From Mobula hypostoma (taxonomy: Eukaryota), in NCBI RefSeq assembly GCF_963921235.1, contig NC_086097.1:238206001-238270000 (forward strand): 64,000 nt of DNA. Direction: 5' to 3'. Shown here piece by piece: positions 35,831-48,527 of the stretch (the stretch's first letter is position 1; each line of letters opens with the position of its first letter). The translations under genes and the position numbers were made by a program. A model generated the notes under the pieces. That model was not told the origin of the DNA and made no database searches. It saw nothing but the letters and a program-made list of their open reading frames with translations.

Positions 35831-38806
35831 CTTCCTTCTAGTTTCACTGTAAAATTGATATTTCATTAAAATAGAAGAGACAATTTATCCCGATTCATGA
35901 GCAGTAGCTAACAGCAGAGAACACACCCTAATAATAATAAGAAAGTTAATTTGACATTCAGGTGAACAATTAAGTGATTTGAAGACAGATCTAAGCTTGA
36001 TTTAAGAAACTGAGAATACTTGAAGTGTACTTGATAGAATTTTCGGATCTTTTAATGTAACCTACAGTAATGCATCAACTGGGAATCGTATTTGACAGAA
36101 AGGAATAGAGGAGGTTAAGCATCAAAGTCACAATCTACAAATAGGATTGACTCCTTCTAATTCGAATGTTCTTAATAAAGTAAAGCTAATTTGTAATGAA
36201 ACCATACAAAAAAATCCAGACTGACACTACATTCAGAATCACCATTCACTTCATGTTTTTGAATTGAATTATCGATTGATGTCTTCTTGAGTGCCCACAT
36301 CAAAGAATCTGACTAGGTAAATCTTCAGACAAGGCTCAGAGGACAACAGACTAGCAATCTAAACTTTAATTCCCAGTTGAGTATTTGGTTTAAAAAAAGA
36401 AAATCTTTGTTCATGTCATTGTGTTGTATTACATTTTGTAAAAGTACTGGATAAAGTCTGAACAGTTCCAAACGACACTTTAACTCTATGTGAGCTTGCA
36501 GCATGTCTGTGCAAGTTAATCACTGTAGGCTTGTTCATGTTTAATGTTAGCTGAAATTGGCTGGATTCTTTCTTGGCCTCTGGGACCAATGGCATGCAGA
36601 CAATAGATCAAAGCGTTCGCTTGTCTCTGCATGTTTCAATGCTTGTGGAACATCTATTGAAACCATGCTGAGTCAGTGTCATGAGAACAAAAGATCAAGC
36701 AGTTTTCTCCCTCTCTCTCTCCCCCCTCCCTCCCTCCCCTCCCCCTGCCCCTTTTGTGGAAGCCCTATTTAGTAGGGAACCTTTCCCTCAGTTCCTGGGA
36801 CTTCACTTAGTCCAAGGAATCGCAATCAGTGCCTAGGACCCAGGGTGATTTCATGAGTCAGAATGCACAGATCGCCCAACAACGGTAACCATCAAGTGGT
36901 GACTAAGAAATGTGAGCCCTGAAATCTTTGTAGAAATCTTTGTAACTTATTACATGGTATTCTGTGTGGTTTATTTGAGCTTTCCATTTCATGATAATAA
37001 GTTAGGCTTAAGTTACATTGTTGTGCTTGTACAATTATTACCACATCTCCTGGACACTTGAATAGTTTAGGTCTGATCAACCAAGCCCATTACAGTAATA
37101 AATTCAGCTACTTCCACCATGGCTGATTTATTATCCCTCTCAACCCCATTCTCCTGCCTTCTCCCTGTAACCTTTGACACCCTGACTAATCAAAAGCTTT
37201 TGTAACCTCTGCTTACAATATGCCCGATGATTTGGCTTCCACACTCATCTGTGGCAATGAATTCCGTTGGGCAAGGTAACTGGGCAGGAAGGAGCTGCTA
37301 CTGTGCTGTATCTTTAAAAATAAAAACAAAATTCAAAAGGCAGCAAGAAGATATTGTCATTTGGTCAGGGCAGCTGCCATGTTAAAGAGAGAGAAGACAT
37401 AAAAATATGTAAAAGGGGAGAAGAGAGAACACAAGGTGTAAGATAAGGGCTGAGAAGAGACATGCAGGCTGACTAGGCTACATCTATGCTGCAAGTTCTA
37501 CGTAATTCACAGAATAATGCACAACAAAATAAAGCATACTTTCCAGCTCCTCCAACAGAGGAATCAGCCGCCTTATGCCATCAGGAAACTCACACAGGCA
37601 GTGACAGCCAAAACCAAAGCAATGAACAACTTGCAGCAAAGCTACTTTATTGCAAATATCACCCAGCATGGGGCTTGAAATCTCTGTCAATATTGATAAG
37701 TGAGTGTCAGTATATTGATTGTTGACTGGCACAGAAATAGCTCATGCTCAGTGGAAAGATGCTCATGCGTGTTAATGTGGGAGTTCAAATGAGGAAAAGT
37801 TATAATTGGTAGACCCTGCAAGCATTTCACTGAAAAAAATGGTTACACTTTTAAGCTGATGTGTGGTCGCAGCTGCCTCAGTGTTACATTAACTTGACAA
37901 TTATTGAGGGCAATCGTTTTGATTCCCCCCTTTATCTTTCTTTTCAACACCCCTAGATTCCTCTCTCCCACTGTCCTACCTATTTTAATGTCTCTGTTAA
38001 TTGCTTCTTCCAATTGATGGTGTTGGAAACCACTGTCTTTTTTAATAATACTTTTTAACAGACTTAACGTATTTTTCACACACACTGGCAGAAAGCAGTG
38101 AAACTAATGGTTTATCACCTTTCTTATTTTTCATTGGATAAATATTAGCACATTACCCACAAGGTAATTGTTTTAATTATGTATCCTATTAACTGATATA
38201 TCTCTAAGGATTTCTCTTATCTTACCTATAAAAGTGATAGATTTTACTGAAGCACCATCTTTTTTCTTTGTCTTACACATAATAAGGGCTTAGCATTGTT
38301 TCTCAGCTATTTATTTAGTTTGCTCTTTATTTGTATGTTTGTTTTCTAAAATAAACTGAAATCTTGGAACTAAGACTGCTTGCCATTATTGGCTCCTAAA
38401 AGAGCCTTAAGGATCAGAAAATAAACAGAGCTCCAACAATGGGACCAAACTTCTGTTGTTGCTTTATATATGCACATAAAGTCATTAAACACTACAACAT
38501 CAAAATAGGTCCTTTGTGACAGAACAGGTTGGCAATACTAACTTTCTTGCTAACCTTGCTCCTTTGCCCAGTTAGACACTCCTGGTTCTGTCCCTGGTCT
38601 AGTTTCCCCAGTAGTTCACACACGTTGCCCTCTGGTTCTGCAGTTCTTGGGAGTTCATCATTTACACACCCCAACAGTAAAACAATCACTAGATTGGCTA
38701 ATTAAAACAATCCCTTCACTTAACATACTCTACTGGTTTATAACTCATAAAAGTAAGGATTCCAGACACAGGAATTCCAAACAGTTTCATTTATTTTCAC
38801 TCACAC

Positions 38807-39502
38807 TGTTACATCTGTAGACAGCTGAATGGCCCCAAAAGACCCGAGGGACAGTTCTAAAATTATGCCTGGGTTAGTGGGAGCAGGCCCACTACAGCCT
38901 ACATAGGTAACACCACTGGAGGTGAGGCATTATACTTTTATATTCATCTGAACATGTGCACACTGATCTATGGGTTTAACTAAGGCACATGTTGTGGAAT
39001 AAAACTGTAGGATGCAAGAATCCCTGCTTAAAATGTTCCAGTTCTGCATCTGAAATAACAATTATTATTATGGCCTGGTCACATGATTATTCCCTCTCCC
39101 TCCACACCCACTACCCCTTCCCTCAGACCAACAGAAGAACTTCCTGTTCCTTCTAGGCCAGGCAGATGCAGATTTAAACCCTCAGTTTGGCTTTGCTAGA
39201 AAGCTGTGGAGATGGATTTGGCGACTGGTTATATTGGAAAGTTAAGGACGAAGAGTATTGTGGAGAAAGCCTCTGTATACTTGTAAATATTTGTACATAC
39301 ATTACATACGTGTTTGTTTTTATTTGTTCATTTGTAAATACTTCTTTTCTTCACAACTTTTGGGCAGCTTTTGCACTTTTTCACCTGGCACTAAATAAAA
39401 CCCCTCTGCACTAACTTGTTGTTCCAGCTTACCATCTGTTTTTATTCCAACTGGCAACCCTCATCGGGCATGCTTACCCACACCCAGTAGCGAGGCGTGA
39501 TA
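38807..39502 (+). mobile_element. Candidate old solo LTR (about 700 bp)
   Basis: Starts tgttac, ends cgtgata (degenerate inverted end); AATAAA near 39394 followed by a U5-like segment; no clean TSD. Confidence 0.4.
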
Positions 39503-39539
39503 TCCCTCGACCAATTTAGTCTCTGCCAAAATATTATGC

Positions 39540-39930
39540 CGTCTTGTTCCATTGACCTGCACCTAGTCCCTTGCTTTCCGTATACCTTCCATCCACCTAC
39601 CTATCCAAATTTCTCTTAACTGTTGAAATCAATCCCGTTACCACCTCTTCCGCTGACAGTTCATTCCACTTTCTCGCCACCCCCTGAGAGAAGATTTCCT
39701 TCAAATACCTCTTAAATATTTCACCTTTCACCCTTAACCCATGACCTCTAGTTCTGGTCTCACCCAACCTCAGTGGAACAAGCCTGCTTGCATTCTACCC
39801 CTCATAATTTAGTATACCTCTGTCAAACTTCTCCCGACGACTCAGGTCCTCAAGTCTTAGCAACATCCTTGCAAATTGTCTGCACTTTTTCCAATGTTAT
39901 TGATATGTTTCCTGTAGGTAGGTGACAGAT
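39540..39930 (-). mobile_element. Old CR1 3' fragment
   Basis: ttcacccttaacccatgacctcta motif (reverse complement of RGHGLRV). Confidence 0.65.
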
Positions 39931-40686
39931 GTACACTTTTCACATACTTGCCCCACTTTCAGATCATCATCTCTCTTGGCCAAATATGCAACTTTTCTTC
40001 TACTCATCCAGGTTTCATGGACACCATTGAATGGAGGTCAAGATAGTGTTCCAAAGCACTAGAATATTACCTTAAATTTAACTCATTCAAAATTAATTTA
40101 TCCCTGATCTCCTCTTATTTTCCAGAACTATAATACAGACTAGAAGTCCTGAGCTATTGGGCGGTATTGTCCACATTAGATGTATATTCCTTGGAGTGCA
40201 GGACAATCAGGGGTGACCTCACAAAAATTTATACATTTGTGAAAGGCATAGATGAGAAACCCTTGGAAGGGACTGGGAGTGACGAGTTGGGAGGAAACTC
40301 CAGGAAAAAAACACTTTTACAGGTGACTGCACAATAGGGAACGTCATAGATGAAAAATGAGGATATTCCGTAACACTGAAGAGCAGTACTTTCCATAATA
40401 AAACAAAAATGACTAAAATGGAATTAAAAAGTTATCCAATTCTATTCACTGCAGAGATTTGACTGAGCATGAAAGAATGATTTTTCTTTATTTAAATATG
40501 CCAGCAAAACTCATTAAGATGTCTGAATAATATTTTGATGAATGGAAACTCTATGACATCAATCTCAAACCTCTCAATGCATCTCTCCCTCAACTCTCTG
40601 CCTTGACAGTATATAAAATACCCTGCATCTTTACGTCGTCAGTGCATGCAAATTCTGGAAACAAGATCTTTAGATTGAACCAATGA

Positions 40687-41262
40687 TCTTCAAGATTGCT
40701 TATGTTATTTCCAGTACAGAAGTGTAAAACAGAATGAAATAATTGTTACTGCAGATCCAATGCAGTGCAAAAAAACAATCAGATAAAAAACACAATAGTA
40801 TAAACACACAATAAATATAAATATGTAAAGATAGCTTTTATACACAAACTGATTTTATGTCCATAAAGTGATGCTAGGTAGAGGAGAGTCTGTACACAAG
40901 TTGACTCTGACAGGAAATGATAAAGTAGTAGTGGTGGGGGGCTGTGGAAAGGTGGGTTAATGGGTGGAGGTGTTGAGCAGCCTGACAGCTTGGGGAAAAT
41001 AGCTATTTTTGAGTCTGAGAGTCCCGGTGTGAATGCTACATGGCATCTTCCCTGATGAGAGCAGGACAAACTCTCCATGCGGAGGGTGGCTGGAAACCTT
41101 CATGATGTTACTGGTCCTTTTCTGGCACCTTTCTGTATACAGCTCCTTGACGGTGCAGCTGGTGCAGTGGTGCGTTGGGCAGCTTCGACTACTGGTTGTC
41201 TGCCGCAGTGCAGTTTCTGTTCCATGCAGTAATGCAGCAGGCTAGGATGCTCTCTACTGCAC
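40687..41262 (-). mobile_element. Rex1-type LINE 3' fragment
   Basis: tcttcaagattgc..tta tail; gcagtaatgcagcaggctaggatgctct is the reverse complement of ESIL.CCITAW. Confidence 0.65.
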
Positions 41263-41674
41263 ATGGAATTTACCAGCCATGCTGACTGTCAGAAACCACC
41301 AGTGATTCTGCAATCAAAGTTACGGCACACGTGGTACCCTAAGTACCCAGAACATAATCAGTTGGTAGCAGGAGGGAAGATGGAACTTGTTGCACATGTT
41401 AACAGCTCCGCGTGGAATTGCTGGCCTCTGCAGCCACGTGCAATAAAATGTGGGATTTCCACAGCAAGATGGGAGCCTGAAGCTTGTTGGTTGCTCTTAA
41501 TTGCCACTTTTCCAGCCATTCTAATACACAATCCTATAGGATATGATGGAAATTCACTTTCCAGGACACAGGAGGCTTATTGCTAAACTCAGCATTCTAG
41601 CACAGCAGCATGACCTTTCCAAAGGGTCAGAGTTGTTTGCGAGAGCCCCCAACAAATATTCCTTACTCGGCTTC

Positions 41675-42765
41675 TTATTTTATTTAGTTAGCTGTACAGC
41701 ATGTAGTAGGCCCTGCTGGCCCTGCAACTCCACAACCTCAATTAACCCTAACCTATTCACAAGACAACTTACAGTCCAATTAACTTGGCCGGTATGTCTT
41801 TGGGCTGCAGGAGGAAACCAGAGCACCAGGGGAAAACCCACGCATTCCATGGAGATGCCGTACAGAGACTCCTTACAGAATCAAATCAAGTTTAATTATC
41901 AATCAGACCATATGTGGATACAGTCGGACAAAACAGTGTTCCTCTGGGAGCCCAGGTGCATAACATACATTCAAAATTGTGAGAGAGAGAAAAAATACAC
42001 AGGTACATCAATACGCAAGGAAACACATATATAGTCCAAGTCCCTGAGCAACGTAAATTAATGGTACAGTTCCAAGCAATCTGGCCTATCCTTCCACCTG
42101 TTGAACACTGGAGAGCAGCACTGATGGGAGAGGCCAGCTCCCACTTGAGCACAGACTCCACGCTACACCTCCTCCAGCTTTGTCTCACTTGGACTGCAGC
42201 AGCAGGCAAGCCTGCTTGAGGCCTGGTCCTCGCTACAAACGAGGCTACGATGTTGCCTCACCGTCTGTCCCACCACCAAACAAGGGGAACAGGCCTGCGC
42301 CATCTCACATTATTGATGTCCAACAGCACCTCACAATTGCAAGAGAAACATCCTGGGCCATCGCTCACAATTACACTGCATGCTGCTTTCGTGCACCAGC
42401 TCCGAAGTCTTCGAGTGGCAGGCAGCAGCACAGCCTGCACCCATGTCAGCTCCTGTGAACATTCTCCAGCCCATCTGCCAGCCTCTCCTTCAGCTGGCCG
42501 AGCCTTTGACATCCCAGGTGGAGCTCTAAACAACAAACAGATCACTGATGCGATGGACCTACTGTACCCATTGTTCTTGGAATCCAGTATAGTCTTACGA
42601 TCATAAAAAAAAAGACATTTTAAAAAGAAAATGCACCTTTGCTAGGCCCCCAAGAGGCCGCTGCATTCGAATGTGCCACCATCTTACCAGAAGAAGCCAG
42701 AATTGAACTCTGAACTCCAGAATGACCCCAGCTGTCATGGCATCGCCCTAACTGCTATGCTGTCA
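41675..42765 (-). mobile_element. V-SINE split by an ~800-bp insertion
   Basis: gtctttgggctgcaggaggaaaccagagcacc..acccacgc V domain at 41796-41843; the head resumes at about 42686. Confidence 0.7.
41881..42685 (-). mobile_element. Non-autonomous LINE-derived retroelement
   Basis: The minus strand starts gtaagatggtggc and ends attaaacttgatttga; approximate TSD cttac(c)agaa; no LINE ORF. Confidence 0.55.
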
Positions 42766-43938
42766 TGGTCTCAGGTCTTTCAGGCTCTACCATTTCAAAG
42801 AAAAAAGACCCAAGTTTGTCCAACCTGTCCTTATAGCACATGCCCTCTAATCTAATTTTGATCAGGAACCAGTCTTCAGTTCTTAATGTAAATGGCTAGC
42901 AATAATCAGACTGAAGTTAACAGGACAACTTTGCAAACAAGCAGCACTGACTATAGAGCACAGACTGCTGGTCCGCAGCACAGGCACTGGCTGCACAAGA
43001 GATAAGGTTTACAATGTGAATTGATCGTGAGATGTTCTGGTTTCCATCAGTCAAATGTAAGACAATGGGGTTATGTTAATTGATCCGCATCAAACCTGGT
43101 AATTACATCTAAACTATTTGCGTCATTGTGATAGAGATCAAGAACCATTCCAGATCAGACTCATTTTCTCACTTAGCACATCAAGCACGGTCAGAGGTAC
43201 TATGATCAATCAATTTTTGGGATATTTGTGTACATATTGTCAACCCTCACTGCATTAATTTTGGGTGTCTGGGATCTCTGTCCCAAGAAGCCTTAAGACC
43301 ATTCTTTGTCCTTGCAAAGGTATCGTAAAAAAAAAATAAATCACATGCAGATGATGTCTTTTGGTAGCAGCATGGCATAAGTATTAGAAAGTATTGGGGA
43401 TTGTGAGGAATAACAAGGAGAATAACAGAAAGTTAGGGTGACAGAAAAAAGAACTAGAATTCTTTCCTCAATCTTCAGTTTCTGCAACGGATGACTCATT
43501 TGTCTGCAATTCATTGATATATTCATGCCTGATTTATTATCCCCCCTCAATCCTATTCACTTACCTTCCCCCCATAGCCATTGACACCCTTACTAATCAG
43601 AATCTTTCAACCACCACTTTAAGTATATCCAGTGACTTGACCTCCACAGGAGTCTTTGGAAATAAATTCCTTAGATTCACCATCCCCTTGCTGAAAAGAT
43701 TCCTCCTCATCTCTGTTCTCAAGGGAAGTTCTTTTATTCTGAGACTCTGCTTTTCAGTCCTTCACTTTCCACCGGAAATAACCTCTCCACATTCACTTTC
43801 AATAGATCCTCTCATCCTCTGAAATGCCAGAAATTAAACACTCCTCATACTTAACCCTTTTATGTCTCCTCATGAAGTCTGGTGGCAGAGTATAAGTTTA
43901 CCTTAAAGCCACGTCCTCTTGTATTGAACAGTGGTGCC

Positions 43939-44476
43939 CTGCGGAAGAGGCGCTGGCTATCCACTCTATCTATTCCTCTTATTATCTTGTATACCTCTAT
44001 CATGTCTCCTCACATCCTCCTCCTCTCCAAAGAGTAAAGCCCTAGCTCCCTTATTCTCTGATCATAATGCATACTCCCTCAACCAGGCAGCATCCTGGTA
44101 AATCTCCTCTGTACCCTTTCCAATGCTTCCACATCCTTCCTATAGTGAGGCGACCAGAACTGGGCACAGTACTCCAAGTGTGGCCTAACCAGAGTTTTAT
44201 AGAGCTGCATCATTACCTTGTGATTCTTAAACTCTATCCCTCAACTTTTAAAAGCTAACACGCCATAAGCTTTCTTAACTACCCTAACTACCTGTGAGGC
44301 AACTTTCAGGGATCTGTGGACATGTACCCCGAGATCCCTCTGCTCCCCCACACTACCAAGTATCCTGCCATTTACTTTGTACTCTGCCTTGGAGTTTGTC
44401 CTTCCAAAGTGTACCACCTCACGCTTCTCCGGGTTGAACTCCATCTGCTACTTATCAGCCCACTTCTGCATCCTGC
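43939..44476 (-). mobile_element. CR1 RT fragment
   Basis: ORF 44241-44444 MEFNPEK..EQRDLGVHVHRSLK. Confidence 0.8.
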
Positions 44477-45259
44477 AGGATGAGGCTTTTCTGTTCAAAA
44501 CTACCCTGAAGAGAGCTAAATCTTCAAATAGTGTGGGACATGTTTATTGAAGGATTATTGAAACATAATGTGTACAGAAAGATGAAATGGATGCTAGTTC
44601 CTGTTGCTAAGTTACTAATAAGCCAAATGTTACAATGGATATGCTGTCTCTCTGGCGAAAAAGATATAGATGTAAAATTGTAGGACTACTAACTCTGCAA
44701 AGACAGACTGCCTATTTTACAATTGTTATATATTCCAGAGATCAGAGCTCTAATCTCAGCTTTCTCCCAGGCATTTTGATCCAGCGACTACTGCAGGTGT
44801 GTGAAAGGAATGTGCTTGATAGATTAAATAATCTCTTGATATTTCATATTTATTTATGCTCCTGTTGAATCAATAATACTGAGTGAACTGCCGGATCAAC
44901 TTGACAGCTGTATACTTTGATATTATACTTCATATTAATATTAACAGCTTTCATCTTTCATGCTTCAGAATACAGATAGAATCATGGGCCATCCAATAGA
45001 CAGGGGGACTGTAGTTGATCTTCAGAAGGTTTGTTTTCTGCAGCTGATTATGGTTTTAGTATTTTCCTACCAGATGAAACTATTTTTTCACAAATGTCCT
45101 TTGAACCCACAACGAAACATTGATTAAATAATTCAAATTTCATTATGGAAAGTCCTTGCTGTCTCAAAATGCAGACATTGGTAAAGAATAATAGAACATG
45201 AAGAGAATATAGAAATAGATTAATTATCATAAAAACTGAGTGCCCAGACATTGCAATTC

Positions 45260-45875
45260 CACTCCCCGTTCCCATTCCAATTTGTCGGTCCATTGGCTCC
45301 TTTACTGCCGTGATGAGGACACTCATAGGTGGAGGAGCAACACCTCACGTTCCATCTGGGTAGCCTCCAGCTTGACAGTATAAACTCGATTTCTCTTACT
45401 TCTGATAATTTCTCCTCCAAACTGCGCCCCCCGCCCCCATCCCCTCGCTCTTCTCTCTTTTTCCATTCACAATTCAGGCTGCTCTCTTTCCACTTCTCTT
45501 CTCCTCACACACCCAATACCTCCATCTGGTGCTCCTCTTCCTTCCCTTTTTTCCCCATGGTCCAGTCTGCAGTCCTCTCAGATTCCTTCTTCTTCAGAAC
45601 TTTATCTTTTCCACCTATCAACTTTTAGCACTTCATAGCCCCCCCCCCTCCCACAAGCTTATCTTCCCCTTACCTGGCTTCACCCATCTCCTGCCAGTTT
45701 GCACACCTTCCCCTCCTCCCACCTTCCTATTCTGGCTTCTTCCCCTTTCCTTTCCGGTCCTGATGAAGGGTTTCAACCCAAAACATCGACTGTTCAATCC
45801 CCTCCATAGATGTTGCCTGTCATGCATTTTGTGTGTCTTGCTCTGGATTTCCAGCAATAGCGGAATATTTTGGTT
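45260..45875 (+). mobile_element. Penelope-like element ORF end plus pLTR
   Basis: EEQHLTFHLGSLQ C-terminus; hammerhead with mutated GAAA (ggtcCTGATGA..caaaacatcgact) at about 45756-45791. Confidence 0.75.
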
Positions 45876-46154
45876 TATGAGATAATTATTCTTTTTTCTG
45901 GCATTCCTCTTATTATTTCTCCTAAAGTCAATTCAGTTCAGTTACTGATAATTCTGCCAGAGTTGGGAAAAAGTCAATTTGTGAAAAAGCATGAATCAGC
46001 ATCTGGATGCAGTAATATACAATTGTGAAAACAAAACACTCAAAGGTGAAAACTTTATGAAGCCTCAGACAAGCATGAGTGAAGATTACTAACGAAAGGA
46101 CTGCTGAGTGATATAGAAGCAATCAATGCTGAGATTTTCTGAAGCCACAAGGTA

Positions 46155-48430
46155 TAGAACCATAGAACCATAGAAACTACAGCACAGAAACAGGCCCGTT
46201 CGCCCTTCTTGGCTGTGCCGAACCATTTTCTGCCTAGTCCCACTGACCTGCACACGGACCATATCCCTCCATACACCTCCCATCCATGTATCTGTCCAAT
46301 TTATTCTTAAATGTTAAAAAAGAACCCGCATTTACCACCTCGTCTGGCAGCTCATTCCATACTCCCACCACTCTCTTTGTGAAGAAGCCCCTACTAATGT
46401 TCCCTTTAAACTTTTCCCCCCTCACCCTTAACCCATGTCCTCTGGTTTTTTTCTCCCCTTGCCTCAGTGGAAAAAGCCTGCTTGCATTCACTCTATCTAT
46501 ATCCATCATAATTTTATATACCTCTATCAAATCTCGTCTCATTCTTCTACGCTCCAGGGAATAAAATCCCAACCTATTCAACCTTCCTCTGTAACTGAGT
46601 TTCTCAAGTCCCGGCAACATCCTTGTAAACCTTCTCTGCACTCTTTCAACCTTATTTATATCCTTCCTGTAATTTGGTGACCAAAACTGAACACAATACT
46701 CCAGATTCGGCCTCACCAATACCTTATACAACCTCATCATAACATTCCAGCTCTTATACTCAATACTACGATTAATAAAGGCCAATGCACCAAAAGCTCT
46801 CTTTACGACCCTATCTACCTGTGACGACACTTTTAGGGAATTTTGTATCTGTATTCCCAGATCCCTCTGTTCCACTGCACTCCTCAGTGCCTTACCATTA
46901 ACCCTGTATGTTCTACCTTGGTTTATCCTTCCAACGTGCAATACCTCACACTTGTCAGTATTAAACTCCATCTGCCATTTTTCAGCCCATTTTTCCAGCT
47001 GGTCCAAGTCCCTCTGCAGGCTCTGAAAACCTTCCTCACTGTCTACTACACCTCCAATCTTTGTATCATCAGCAAACTTGCTGATCCAATTTACCACATT
47101 ATCATCCAGATCATTGATATAGATGACAAATAACAATGGACCCAGCACTGATCCCTGTGGCACACCACTAGTCACAGGCCTCCACTCAGAGAAGCAATTT
47201 TCTACCACCACTCTCTGGCTTCTTCCATCGAGCCAATGTCCAATCCAATTTACCACCTCACCATGCATACCTAGCGACTGAATTTCCCTAACTAACCTCC
47301 CATGCGGGACCTTGTCAAAGGCCTTACTGAAATCCATGTAGACAATATCCACTGCCTTCCCTTCATCCACTTTCCTGGTAACATCCTCGAAAAACTCCAA
47401 CGGATTGGTCAAACATGACCTACCACGCACAAAGCCATGTTGACTCTCCCTAATAAGCCCCTGTCTATCCAAATGCTTGTAGATTCTGTCTCTTAGTACT
47501 CCCTCCAATAACTTACCTACTACTGACGTTAAACTCACCGGCCTATAATTTCCCGGATTACTTTTCAATCCTTTTTTAAACAACGGAACAACATGAGCCA
47601 CTCTCCAATCCTCCGGCACTTCACCCATAGACAGCGACATTTTAAGTATTTCTGCCAGGGCCCCCGCAATTTCAACACAAGTCTCCTTCAAGGTCCGAGG
47701 GAACACCCTGTCAGGTCCCGGGGATTTATCCACTTTAATTTTCCTCAAGACAGCAAGCACCTCCTCCTTTTCAATCTGCACAGTTGCCATGGTCTCACTA
47801 CTTGATTCCCTCAATTCCATAGATTTCATGCCAGCTTCCTTAATAAATACAGACGCAAAAAACCTATTTAAGATCTCCCCCATTTCCTTTGGTTCTGCAC
47901 AAAGCCGACCACTCTGATCTTCAAGAGGATCAATTTTATCCCTTACAATCCTTTTGCTCTTAATATACTTGTAAAAGTTCTTTGGATTATCCTTCACTTT
48001 GACTGCCAAGGCAACCTCATGTCTTCTTTTTGCCCTCCTGATTTCTTTCTTAAGTATTTTCTTGCACTTCTTATACTCCTCAAGCACCTGATTTACCCCG
48101 TTTCCTATACATTTCATACAACTCCCTCTTCTTCTTTATCAGAGTTGCAATATCCCTTGAGAACCAATGTTCCTTATTCCTATTCAATTTGCCTTTAATT
48201 CTGACAGGAACATACAAACTCTGCACTCTCAAAATTTCCCCTTTGAAGGCTTCCCACCTACCAATCACATCTTTGCCAGAGAATAACCTGTCCCAATCCA
48301 CGCTTTTTAGATCCTTTCTCATTTCTTCAAATTTGGCCTTCTTCCAGTTCAGAACCTCAACCCTAAGACCAGATCTGTCCTTGTCCATGATCAAATTGAA
48401 ACTAATGGCGTTATGATCACTGGAACCAAT
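46155..48430 (-). mobile_element. Young CR1 LINE, 5'-truncated
   Basis: Octamer tail tagaaccatagaaccatagaaac; near-identical to 21610-23880. Confidence 0.95.
46234..48117 (-). CDS. CR1 ORF2 reverse transcriptase, 627-aa open frame lacking the endonuclease (non-autonomous remnant)
   Basis: All RT motifs present through the C-terminus; frameshifted from upstream ORF 48080-48394. Confidence 0.85.
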   Translation of the reverse strand: MKCIGNGVNQVLEEYKKCKKILKKEIRRAKRRHEVALAVKVKDNPKNFYKYIKSKRIVRDKIDPLEDQSGRLCAEPKEMGEILNRFFASVFIKEAGMKSMELRESSSETMATVQIEKEEVLAVLRKIKVDKSPGPDRVFPRTLKETCVEIAGALAEILKMSLSMGEVPEDWRVAHVVPLFKKGLKSNPGNYRPVSLTSVVGKLLEGVLRDRIYKHLDRQGLIRESQHGFVRGRSCLTNPLEFFEDVTRKVDEGKAVDIVYMDFSKAFDKVPHGRLVREIQSLGMHGEVVNWIGHWLDGRSQRVVVENCFSEWRPVTSGVPQGSVLGPLLFVIYINDLDDNVVNWISKFADDTKIGGVVDSEEGFQSLQRDLDQLEKWAEKWQMEFNTDKCEVLHVGRINQGRTYRVNGKALRSAVEQRDLGIQIQNSLKVSSQVDRVVKRAFGALAFINRSIEYKSWNVMMRLYKVLVRPNLEYCVQFWSPNYRKDINKVERVQRRFTRMLPGLEKLSYRGRLNRLGFYSLERRRMRRDLIEVYKIMMDIDRVNASRLFPLRQGEKKTRGHGLRVRGEKFKGNISRGFFTKRVVGVWNELPDEVVNAGSFLTFKNKLDRYMDGRCMEGYGPCAGQWD

Positions 48431-48527
48431 GGCGTTATGATATTGGCGTTATGATATACTGGGAAACACAAGTTATTTTGTGCTGGCTGCAAAGGTCAAG
48501 GCTATAAAGACGTGGGCTCTACCTTCA

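Noticed and set aside
36629..36668. Hairpin gcatgtttcaat...attgaaaccatgc as a pre-miRNA
   Set aside because: The stem of about 12 bp is too short, and no known mature miRNA was recognised.
37486..37725. 79-aa ORF in unique DNA as a host exon
   Set aside because: No recognisable domain or convincing splice context; the length is expected by chance.
17668..48416. Recurrent plus-strand ORFs such as MYLYSQIPLF and MSHSPILRH
   Set aside because: They are antisense shadows of CR1 ORF2; recurrence reflects repeat copies.
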